Below are positions 1 to 6,256 of a stretch of 13,544 bases of DNA, piece after piece. A model generated the notes under the pieces. That model was not told the DNA's origin and ran no database searches. It saw only the letters and a list, made by a program, of their open reading frames with translations. Made by a program: the position numbers and the translations under genes. Positions within the stretch are counted from its first letter, which is position 1. Every line of letters starts with the position of its first letter. Origin of the DNA: Clostridia bacterium (GTDB taxonomy: Bacteria > Bacillota > Clostridia > TANB77 > CAG-465); the NCBI GenBank assembly GCA_045536565.1, contig JAZSNU010000001.1:1-13544 (forward strand), given 5' to 3'.

Positions 1-53
1 TGATGCCGAAAATACTTGAGCATAAAAGCTTCGGGAAGATAGGGGGTCGCCAA
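1..53 (+). rRNA. rrf: 5S rRNA, 3' part (truncated by window start)
   Basis: GCCGAAAATACTTG...CGGGAAGATAGG...GTCGCCAA matches the helix V/loop E/helix IV and 3' helix I pattern of clostridial 5S rRNAs. It lies 10 nt before tRNA-Asn, a common rrn-distal arrangement in Firmicutes. Confidence 0.75.
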
Positions 54-63
54 TTTTAAATAT

Positions 64-139
64 TCCTCAATAGCTCAGTCGGTAGAGCGCTCGGCTGTTA
101 ACCGATAGGTCGTTGGTTCGAGTCCAACTTGAGGAGCCA
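64..139 (+). tRNA. tRNA-Asn (anticodon GTT)
   Basis: 76 nt cloverleaf: acceptor stem TCCTCAA/TTGAGGA, D-arm GCTC-AGTCGGTA-GAGC, anticodon loop CTGTTAA (GTT at 97-99), T-arm GTTGG-TTCGAGT-CCAAC, discriminator G and encoded CCA (137-139). Confidence 0.98.
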
Positions 140-141
140 AA
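128..141 (+). repeat. att core copy 1 (attL, within tRNA 3' end)
   Basis: CTTGAGGAGCCAAA, identical to 1306-1319. Confidence 0.9.
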
Positions 142-143
142 AT

Positions 144-170
144 AGCGGGTCGCAAGGCCTGCTTTTTGTT
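144..170 (+). terminator. Intrinsic terminator supplied by the element after tRNA-Asn
   Basis: Stem AGCGGGTC/GGCCTGCT (two G-U pairs), GCAA tetraloop, followed by TTTTGTT. Confidence 0.8.
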
Positions 171-260
171 ATATGTGTAACCCTGAAATGTGTATTTTAA
201 AGCATTTTTGGGTTTTTACAATTTTTTTAAGTTGTACAGAGTATGTATAAAGTTGTTGGC

Positions 261-283
261 ATTGCAGTACTTATTGCAGTACT
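261..283 (+). repeat. Tandem ATTGCAGTACT x2, putative integrase arm-type sites (left arm)
   Basis: ATTGCAGTACT at 261-271 and 273-283 (12-bp period). The same core recurs as a pair at 1216-1233. Confidence 0.7.
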
Positions 284-351
284 TTTTATATAGATAATGC
301 AACAGAAATTAAGGCTGTTACTTTTAATTTTAACAAGAACATAGTATAATA

Positions 352-366
352 CAAATAGTAATTTGA
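352..366 (+). other. Dyad site CAAAT-AGTA-ATTTG(A), putative upstream cassette boundary
   Basis: 5-bp inverted arms around a 4-bp spacer, 11/14 identical to 1088-1101, and immediately after TATAAT (345-350). Confidence 0.4.
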
Positions 367-381
367 CATTCAATTTTCACT

Positions 382-431
382 CTACTAATGGTTGATTACT
401 CCTCATTCAACCATCATTCAACCATTAGTTC
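382..431. promoter_or_regulatory. Putative autoregulatory operators of the XRE gene
   Basis: 12-bp inverted repeat ACTAATGGTTGA (384-395)/TCAACCATTAGT (418-429). Each half has the form C(A/T)AC-N5-GTT(G/C). There is an 11-bp tandem duplication CATTCAACCAT (404-414, 415-425), and TACAAT at 455-460 just downstream. Confidence 0.55.
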
Positions 432-480
432 GTGTTATTTTTCTTAAAATGTACTACAATTAAAGAAAGGGAGGTGTCTT

Positions 481-1089
481 ATGGACCAAATAAAAATAGG
501 AAGGTTTATTGCCGAGTGCAGAAAAAAGAAAAATCTTACACAAGCACAATTGGCAGAAAAATTGAATGTAACCGACAGAGCCATATCAAAATGGGAGACG
601 GGCAAAGCAATGCCTGATTCCAATATTATGCTTGAACTTTGTTATATGCTTGGAATAAATGTAAATGAATTATTATGTGGGGAGATGATTGATATGGAAC
701 AAAAGGATGAACAATTAAATGAACTGGTTTTTCAGATGGCAACAAATGAGGAAAGATATCATAAACGACTACTGCATTCCGCTTATGTGATTGTCTCAAT
801 CAGCGTGATAGCACTTATTTGTCTGATTACTTTAATATCACTCCTTATTCCCGAATGTGGATTTCAAGACTTTTTGATAATAGTGTCTGTTATACTATTT
901 ACAATTCCTTGTATTATTGCTCTTAAATTTAAGGTAGAAACAGGTTATTATGAATGTAAGAACTGTCAACATATGTTTGTTCCTAACTATAAAGAGATTG
1001 CCTTGTTGATGCGAACACCAGCTAGAAGATTGTTGAAGTGTTCTAAATGTGGAAAATGGACTTGGTGCAAAAAACTAACTAAGAGATAA
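481..1089 (+). CDS. XRE-family HTH regulator with two transmembrane helices and C-terminal zinc ribbon
   Basis: N-terminal IGRFIAECRKKKNLTQAQLAEKLNVTDRAISKWETGKAMPD (HTH_3), two hydrophobic segments, and CKNC...CSKC at the C-terminus. RBS GGGAGGT upstream. Confidence 0.93.
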   Translation: MDQIKIGRFIAECRKKKNLTQAQLAEKLNVTDRAISKWETGKAMPDSNIMLELCYMLGINVNELLCGEMIDMEQKDEQLNELVFQMATNEERYHKRLLHSAYVIVSISVIALICLITLISLLIPECGFQDFLIIVSVILFTIPCIIALKFKVETGYYECKNCQHMFVPNYKEIALLMRTPARRLLKCSKCGKWTWCKKLTKR

Positions 1090-1101
1090 ATTACAATTTG
1101 A
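1087..1101 (+). other. Dyad site TAAAT-TACA-ATTTG(A) overlapping XRE stop codon, putative downstream cassette boundary
   Basis: Begins with the TAA stop (1087-1089) and is a degenerate direct repeat of 352-366. Confidence 0.4.
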
Positions 1102-1213
1102 TTTTGATTTAGTAAAGGATAAGTAATAAGGACTAGTAATATATTTGTGATTATCGTAATGTAGTTAGTGCAAATTATGGATATAGTATAATATACGTTA
1201 AATTATTTTGCCG

Positions 1214-1233
1214 TTGCAGTACTACGGCAGTAC
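1214..1233 (+). repeat. TTGCAGTACT-ACG-GCAGTAC, putative integrase arm-type sites (right arm)
   Basis: GCAGTAC at 1216-1222 and 1227-1233 (11-bp period), about 72 bp before the second att core, in the same orientation as the left pair. Confidence 0.7.
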
Positions 1234-1305
1234 AAAAGAAACAGCAAAAACATAAAATATAGTTATATCATGGGCTACAAGGCATATTTTTTAGTACGTG
1301 CATCG

Positions 1306-1319
1306 CTTGAGGAGCCAAA
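1306..1319 (+). repeat. att core copy 2 (attR; displaced tRNA 3' fragment)
   Basis: CTTGAGGAGCCAAA, identical to 128-141. Confidence 0.9.
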
Positions 1320-1322
1320 TAT

Positions 1323-1348
1323 ATCCAGGAGTATTTCCTGGATTTTTT
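1323..1348 (+). terminator. Intrinsic terminator, probably the original rrn/tRNA-Asn terminator
   Basis: Stem ATCCAGGA/TCCTGGAT, loop GTATT, then a T run. It starts 5 nt after the CCA of the duplicated tRNA end. Confidence 0.85.
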
Positions 1349-1411
1349 GCTTTTTATATGGTTTTGTGATATTATGGTAAAATGTTATTATAAATTCTGA
1401 ATATATTTCGA

Positions 1412-1440
1412 TTGAAAAGTTAACATAAATATGATATAAT
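1412..1440 (+). promoter_or_regulatory. SigA-type promoter for GNAT gene
   Basis: TTGAAA (1412-1417), 17 bp, TATAAT (1435-1440) with extended -10 TG. Confidence 0.8.
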
Positions 1441-1488
1441 GATATGGTATTAAATAATAAACAACAAAGGATTAAGGAGTTGAACAAT

Positions 1489-2436
1489 ATGATAAATATT
1501 AAGAAATTTGAAATGGCAAAAGACTATGACAGGGTAATTAAATTTTTAGGTGATAGATATAAAGAAAATAAAAATATGGAATGCTGGTTACCAGCAAGAT
1601 TTGATGATTTAGTTTATCGAATTGATACATTGTATAAAGATGAGAGAGGCTTAAAGGCATCAAAAGACTATATTTATATTTTTCAAGAGAATGATGCAAT
1701 TGTTGGAATAATACTTCCGGATGGAGATTCTTTTAATAGCTCTATTAAAAGAGGATATGAACACATTTTTACACAAATGTTAAATATGGCTGAAAAAGAG
1801 TTATTACCATTATTTAAGCCTGATGAAAATGGAATAGTAAATTTTTTAGTTGTATCTCATGATAGTCTTAATTACCAAGCAGAAGAGCTTCTAAGAAGAG
1901 GATATGTTAGAGATGATGCAGGAGATTATGATAATGTTGCATTACCACAAGAAACTAATTATACTATTGAGTTACCAGTAGGTTTTAAGCAAGTGTTTGG
2001 AGAAAACTATCCAGATATAGTGAAAATGAGAACCTGTCACTATGGATTTCACCCTCAGGATGACGACAACAATTTGTACAAAGAGTATGCAGAGGGTGGG
2101 CTTTCATACCAAGCAAGAAAGAAGTCTCAATTTTATCCAGATAGTTTTGAAAGTTTGATTGTAACTGATGATGGAGATATGTGTGCTTATTCTTTTTGCT
2201 ATGTAGATAAAAATACAAATACGGCATTCATAGAGCCTGTATCTACAAGAGAAAAGTATAGAAAAAGAGGATTGTGTAAGCAAATGCTACATGGAACTAT
2301 AATTAGGCTAAAAGAAATGGGAATAGAAAGAGCATATATAAATTCTTTTGATTGGCGAAAAAAAGTATATAATAGTGCGGGTTTTGAAACAGAAGATTCA
2401 ATTAGTTTTTGGTATAAAAATATTAATACTAAATAA
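1489..2436 (+). CDS. GNAT-family N-acetyltransferase (two-domain length)
   Basis: C-terminal FIEPVSTREKYRKRGLCK (motif A) and KKVYNSAGF (motif B). Start moved from 1444 to ATG 1489 because AAGGAG lies at 1474-1479 and the -10 ends at 1440. Confidence 0.88.
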   Translation: MINIKKFEMAKDYDRVIKFLGDRYKENKNMECWLPARFDDLVYRIDTLYKDERGLKASKDYIYIFQENDAIVGIILPDGDSFNSSIKRGYEHIFTQMLNMAEKELLPLFKPDENGIVNFLVVSHDSLNYQAEELLRRGYVRDDAGDYDNVALPQETNYTIELPVGFKQVFGENYPDIVKMRTCHYGFHPQDDDNNLYKEYAEGGLSYQARKKSQFYPDSFESLIVTDDGDMCAYSFCYVDKNTNTAFIEPVSTREKYRKRGLCKQMLHGTIIRLKEMGIERAYINSFDWRKKVYNSAGFETEDSISFWYKNINTK

Positions 2437-2442
2437 TAAAAG

Positions 2443-2472
2443 ATGGAGGGATATATGATCCCTTCATTTTTT
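2443..2472 (+). terminator. Intrinsic terminator after GNAT
   Basis: ATGGAGGGAT/ATCCCTTCAT stem followed by a T run. Confidence 0.8.
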
Positions 2473-2527
2473 ATTATTTAAGAGTAGGTTAATGATAATA
2501 TAACAGAATAGTAAAATATGAATTTAA

Positions 2528-2556
2528 TTGAAAAAAACTAATTAGTACTATATAAT
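2528..2556 (+). promoter_or_regulatory. SigA-type promoter for transglycosylase
   Basis: TTGAAA (2528-2533), 17 bp, TATAAT (2551-2556). Confidence 0.75.
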
Positions 2557-2578
2557 ATGTATATAAGTGAGGTATGGT

Positions 2579-3277
2579 ATGAAATTTATAAAAAGGATAT
2601 TTTTAATTACAGTTTTAATAGTAGTTACTATTTTATCATTAATAATATATAAAGGATATGAAATGTATAAAGATGGTATTTCTGAAATAAATTTAGATAC
2701 AAAAATAATTCAGTTAAGGCAAGTAAGAAACTATGTTATATATGACGACTTACCAGATGATTACATTAATGCAGTTATAGCAGTAGAAGATCGTAGTTTT
2801 TTTAAACATAATGGAATAAACCTTATTTCTATATTTAGAGCAATAATTAATAATATAAAAGCAAAAGATATTGTTGAGGGCGGAAGTACTATAACTCAAC
2901 AAGTTGCTAAAAATCTATATTTTACACAAGAGAAGAGATTAACTAGAAAAGTTGCGGAAATATTCTTAGTATATGATTTAGAGAAAAATTATGAAAAAGA
3001 AGATATTTTTGAATTGTATGTGAATATAAGTTACTTTGGAGATGGGTATTATGGTATAAAAGAGGCTTGTAAGGGGTATTTAAACAAAGAACCAAAGGAT
3101 ATGACTCTTTTAGAATGTACACTTCTTGCCGGAATTCCTAATGCACCTAGTGTATATGCTCCAACTAAAAATCCAGACCTAGCAGTTCAAAGGCAAAAAA
3201 GAGTTATAGAGTGTATGGCAGAAACCGGTCATCTTGAAAAGGAAGAAGAAACAGAATTATTACAAAAATTGAATTAA
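2579..3277 (+). CDS. Monofunctional peptidoglycan transglycosylase (GT51)
   Basis: GT51 motifs EDRSFFKHNG, GGSTITQQVAKN, RKVAE, KEDIFELYVN and LLAGIPNAPS. N-terminal membrane anchor and no transpeptidase domain. ATG 2579 follows GAGGT. Confidence 0.93.
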   Translation: MKFIKRIFLITVLIVVTILSLIIYKGYEMYKDGISEINLDTKIIQLRQVRNYVIYDDLPDDYINAVIAVEDRSFFKHNGINLISIFRAIINNIKAKDIVEGGSTITQQVAKNLYFTQEKRLTRKVAEIFLVYDLEKNYEKEDIFELYVNISYFGDGYYGIKEACKGYLNKEPKDMTLLECTLLAGIPNAPSVYAPTKNPDLAVQRQKRVIECMAETGHLEKEEETELLQKLN

Positions 3278-3282
3278 TGTAT

Positions 3283-3312
3283 AAACACGATAGTGATACT
3301 ATCGTGTTTTGT
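3283..3312 (+). terminator. Intrinsic terminator after transglycosylase
   Basis: Perfect 12-bp stem AAACACGATAGT/ACTATCGTGTTT with a 3-nt loop. Confidence 0.8.
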
Positions 3313-3313
3313 G

Positions 3314-3342
3314 TTTACAAAGTATACATAATGTGATATAAT
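3314..3342 (+). promoter_or_regulatory. SigA-type promoter for orphan/phosphatase operon
   Basis: TTTACA (3314-3319), 17 bp, TATAAT (3337-3342) with extended TG. Confidence 0.8.
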
Positions 3343-3396
3343 TTAAAAAGTTATATAAGTTTTATCAATTAATTAATATTAATGGAGGTAATAATT

Positions 3397-3837
3397 ATGA
3401 GTAGAATTACAGAAAGAATACTTTGTCCAACATGTCCATATTTAAAAAATGGAATAAAAGAAGAAGGTAAAAAGTTTGGTGTTGAGTATGTTGTACTTAA
3501 TTCAAAAGAAAAATTTATTATCATTGATAATCCTAATGTTTCATGGGATAAAATAATGGGTGAAATTAAATGTTTTGAGACAACATATGTACCTAAATTT
3601 GGAAAATATGAAGTTGAAGAGTTTGTCGGTCACTTTATGAAGGAAGCACTTGTAATGTCAAAAGATATAACTGACTTATTTAATATGGAACTTTTATGTG
3701 ATGATTTTCCATATAACACAACAAGAGTAAATGTTGATACAATACGAGAGCGTTTATTAAAATGTTTTGATATTGTTAAGGTGGAAAATGATACTACACA
3801 CTTAATGTTCAAATGGGAAAGGTACGATAAATTATGA
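3397..3837 (+). CDS. Hypothetical protein with N-terminal CPTC motif
   Basis: GGAGG at 3384-3388 then ATG 3397. The stop overlaps the next start (ATGA). No family recognised. Confidence 0.8.
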   Translation: MSRITERILCPTCPYLKNGIKEEGKKFGVEYVVLNSKEKFIIIDNPNVSWDKIMGEIKCFETTYVPKFGKYEVEEFVGHFMKEALVMSKDITDLFNMELLCDDFPYNTTRVNVDTIRERLLKCFDIVKVENDTTHLMFKWERYDKL

Positions 3838-4487
3838 TGAAAGATATTTATATTGTTCGTCATGGTGAAAGTCAGGGAAATGCCAGAATGGTAGAGGAAG
3901 GCAACTATGTTATAGATAGTAATATATCTTTAAACAAAACTGGTATAGAGCAAGCAAAACAAGCAGGAAAAATACTAAATGAGCAGATTAATTCTAACTA
4001 TGGTGGTATATTTTGGGTAAGTCCATTTAAAAGAACACGAGAGACATATAAAAATATGCTCGATACTGTAAATGGATATATAAAAAATTACGACTATATT
4101 GAAGACCCGAGACTTGTTGAACAGGATTTTGGTGATTTTGATTTTCAGTTCTATGAAAAGTGGAAAGAGATATCACCGCATTCATACTTCATAAATCAGG
4201 CAAGATATAACGATGAAAGTGGAAGATTTTTTGCAAGACTTGAAAATGGTGAAAATATGCTTGATGTGTATAACAGGGTATCATTATTTGTTAAGACAAG
4301 ACTTGAAACAAGTATTTGGCATAACAATATAATAGTAACACATGGATATGCAAGTATTGCACTTACAATGTTTTTACTTAACTTACCAATTGAACAATTT
4401 TATCATACAGAAACACCACCGAATGGATCAATAAGACACATTGTATATGCAGATGGAATTTATATTGATAAAGGCTTTATAACTTAA
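3834..4487 (+). CDS. Histidine phosphatase superfamily (phosphoglycerate mutase-like, Det1-like)
   Basis: IYIVRHGES catalytic motif, VSPFKRTRET, EDPRLVEQDFG, GENMLDVYNRV and IIVTHG. Confidence 0.92.
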   Translation: MMKDIYIVRHGESQGNARMVEEGNYVIDSNISLNKTGIEQAKQAGKILNEQINSNYGGIFWVSPFKRTRETYKNMLDTVNGYIKNYDYIEDPRLVEQDFGDFDFQFYEKWKEISPHSYFINQARYNDESGRFFARLENGENMLDVYNRVSLFVKTRLETSIWHNNIIVTHGYASIALTMFLLNLPIEQFYHTETPPNGSIRHIVYADGIYIDKGFIT

Positions 4488-4528
4488 AAATAGAAAACTC
4501 TTAGTTTTATTAAACTAAGAGTTTTTCT
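4488..4528. terminator. Bidirectional terminator between convergent genes
   Basis: 14-bp perfect stem AAAACTCTTAGTTT/AAACTAAGAGTTTT (4494-4525) with A-rich and T-rich flanks. Confidence 0.85.
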
Positions 4529-4533
4529 TATGC

Positions 4534-5934
4534 TTATTTTTGATATAAATGTCTTGCAACATGTACACCACTTGCACTTGCGTGTGACAACGAATGTGTT
4601 ACACCTGAGCCATCACCTATAATGTATAGACCAGGGATTGAAGTTTCAAGATTTCCATTTACCTTAACCTCTGAGTTATAGAACTTAACTTCTACACCAT
4701 AGAGCAGAGTATCTGGATTTGCAGTACCAGGTGCAATTTTATCTAGGGCATATATCATTTCTATGATATCGTCAAGTTGTCTTTTTGGAAGAACTAAACT
4801 TAAATCACCAGGAGTAGCATCAAGAGTAGGTTTTACAAAACCTTTTTCAAGTCTTTTCTTAGTACTTCTTTGTCCTTTTATTAAATCTCCAAATTGTTGA
4901 ACTAAAAGACCTCCACCTAGCATATTTGAAAGCCTTGCAATTGATTCACCATATTCATTACTATTCTCAAAAGGTTCTGTAAAGCGGTTAGAAACAAGTA
5001 AAGCAAAATTTGTGTTTTTTGTTTTTTTACTTCTACAGCTATAACTATGACCATTTGCAGTAATTATACCTCTTGTGTTTTCTGTTACTACCATACCATT
5101 TGGATTCATACAAAATGTTCTAACTAAATCACTGTACTTTTTAGTTTTATATACAAGTTTACTTTCATAAACATCGTCAGTAATATGCTCAAATATTTCT
5201 GCGGGGAGTTCAACCCTTACACCGATATCAACTTTGTTACTAGTTGTTTTTATGCCTAGTTTTGAACACATATCACCAATCCATTTTGAACCAGAACGCC
5301 CAGCAGCGATTACAAGCTTTTTGCATATTTCAGTGTAGTAATAATCATCTATTCCATCATCGCCTGTAATTTGTAATCTAAATTTATTATCTTTTTTAAC
5401 AATATCTGTTACTTCTGAATTAAAGAACATCTTAACACCGTGTTCTTCTAAAAACTGATATATATTTTCAAGTACGGTGTAGTTCACATCAGTTCCTAAA
5501 TGACGAACCCTTGCATCAAGCAAATTTAGTCCATGTTGGAGGGCAAGTTTCTTTATTTTAGAATTTGAGGTGGAATACATTTTTGAAAGGCTTGCACCAA
5601 AGGTACTATTAATTTCGTCAACATATTCCATCAAATCGATTGCTTCTTTTTCTCCAATATGTTCGTAGAGTTTTCCACCGAAATTGTTTGTAATATTGTA
5701 CTTTCCATCTGAAAAAGCACCAGCGCCACCGAAGCCATGCATTATGCTGCAACAGGAACATTTAACACACTTTTTTGCCCTTCCAGTAGTAATAGGACAT
5801 TTTCTGTATTTTAAATAGTTTCCTTTTTCAATAATACAAATTTTAATTTTTGGATTAAGTTTTATTGCTTCAAAAGCAGTAAAAATACCAGCAGGTCCTG
5901 CACCTACTATAATTAAATCATATAAAGTAGCCAT
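4534..5934 (-). CDS. FAD-dependent oxidoreductase (COG2509-type) with N-terminal Cys cluster
   Basis: IIVGAGPAG Rossmann motif, CP...CVKCSCC, GFGGAGAFSDGK, VRTFCMNP, LLYGVEVKFY and ETSIPGLYIIGDG. RBS AAGGAGGT at 5942-5949 (minus strand). Confidence 0.92.
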   Translation of the reverse strand: MATLYDLIIVGAGPAGIFTAFEAIKLNPKIKICIIEKGNYLKYRKCPITTGRAKKCVKCSCCSIMHGFGGAGAFSDGKYNITNNFGGKLYEHIGEKEAIDLMEYVDEINSTFGASLSKMYSTSNSKIKKLALQHGLNLLDARVRHLGTDVNYTVLENIYQFLEEHGVKMFFNSEVTDIVKKDNKFRLQITGDDGIDDYYYTEICKKLVIAAGRSGSKWIGDMCSKLGIKTTSNKVDIGVRVELPAEIFEHITDDVYESKLVYKTKKYSDLVRTFCMNPNGMVVTENTRGIITANGHSYSCRSKKTKNTNFALLVSNRFTEPFENSNEYGESIARLSNMLGGGLLVQQFGDLIKGQRSTKKRLEKGFVKPTLDATPGDLSLVLPKRQLDDIIEMIYALDKIAPGTANPDTLLYGVEVKFYNSEVKVNGNLETSIPGLYIIGDGSGVTHSLSHASASGVHVARHLYQK

Positions 5935-5975
5935 TTATTATACCTCCTTAAAATATTAAAATTATTTATATAAAC

Positions 5976-5995
5976 AGTTAATAAATTTATTAACT
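5976..5995. promoter_or_regulatory. Perfect 20-bp palindrome, candidate operator
   Basis: AGTTAATAAATTTATTAACT lies between the predicted promoter and RBS of the oxidoreductase. Confidence 0.45.
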
Positions 5996-6018
5996 AGTGA
6001 AACAAAAATTACATATAT

Positions 6019-6046
6019 ATTATACATAAATGTGGATAAAAGTCAA
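6019..6046 (-). promoter_or_regulatory. SigA-type promoter for oxidoreductase with a perfect DnaA box in its spacer
   Basis: Minus strand reads TTGACT, 16 bp, TATAAT. TTATCCACA (6031-6039, minus strand) lies inside the spacer. Confidence 0.6.
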
Positions 6047-6126
6047 TTTATATAAATACATAATTTACATAAGTGTAGGAAAATTAAATAAAAAATATAT
6101 AAATTGAGAGATATGTGTTAAAAATG

Positions 6127-6155
6127 TGGAAAAATGTAGCAAGAAATGATATAAT
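6127..6155 (+). promoter_or_regulatory. SigA-type promoter for aminopeptidase-rodA operon
   Basis: TGGAAA (6127-6132), 17 bp, TATAAT (6150-6155) with extended TG. Confidence 0.6.
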
Positions 6156-6256
6156 ATTTAATAGATTGTAAACATAATTAAAAAGGAACAAAAGTAGCAT
6201 AAGAGTAGTAAATTTGCAGATAATATTTAATATCAATGTATAAAGGTGGTAGTATT

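Larger units (their letters stand above)
128..1319. mobile_element. Non-autonomous tRNA-Asn-integrated mini element (islet/CIME-like), no integrase
   Basis: The tRNA 3' end CTTGAGGAGCCAAA is repeated exactly at 128-141 and 1306-1319. A terminator follows each copy, GCAGTAC pairs lie near both ends, and there is a single cargo gene with no recombinase ORF inside. Confidence 0.85.

Noticed and set aside
176-220. Imperfect inverted repeat in the left arm (TGTAACCCTGAAATG...CATTTTTGGGTTTTTACA) as an ncRNA or attC site
   Set aside because: Many mismatches, no RYYYAAC/GTTRRRY attC boxes, and it lies after a terminator. It may be part of the att arm but cannot be called.
363-391. TTGACA at 363-368 as the -35 of the XRE promoter
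   Set aside because: No acceptable -10 hexamer at 16-18 bp spacing.
432-617. 61-aa ORF overlapping the XRE gene start
   Set aside because: Out-of-frame overlap with a well-supported gene, no RBS, and it begins within the operator/promoter region.
1275-1487. Minus-strand 70-aa ORF across attR as an integrase or excisionase remnant
   Set aside because: No recombinase or HTH features. It runs antisense through a promoter and terminator, and its composition is that of non-coding AT-rich DNA.
4719-4727. Extra TTGCAGTAC copy
   Set aside because: Single, unpaired, inside the oxidoreductase CDS and far from any att core, so treated as chance.
5935-6256. Intergenic region as oriC or a riboswitch
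   Set aside because: Only one perfect DnaA box, no dnaA/dnaN context, and no recognisable aptamer or terminator structure.
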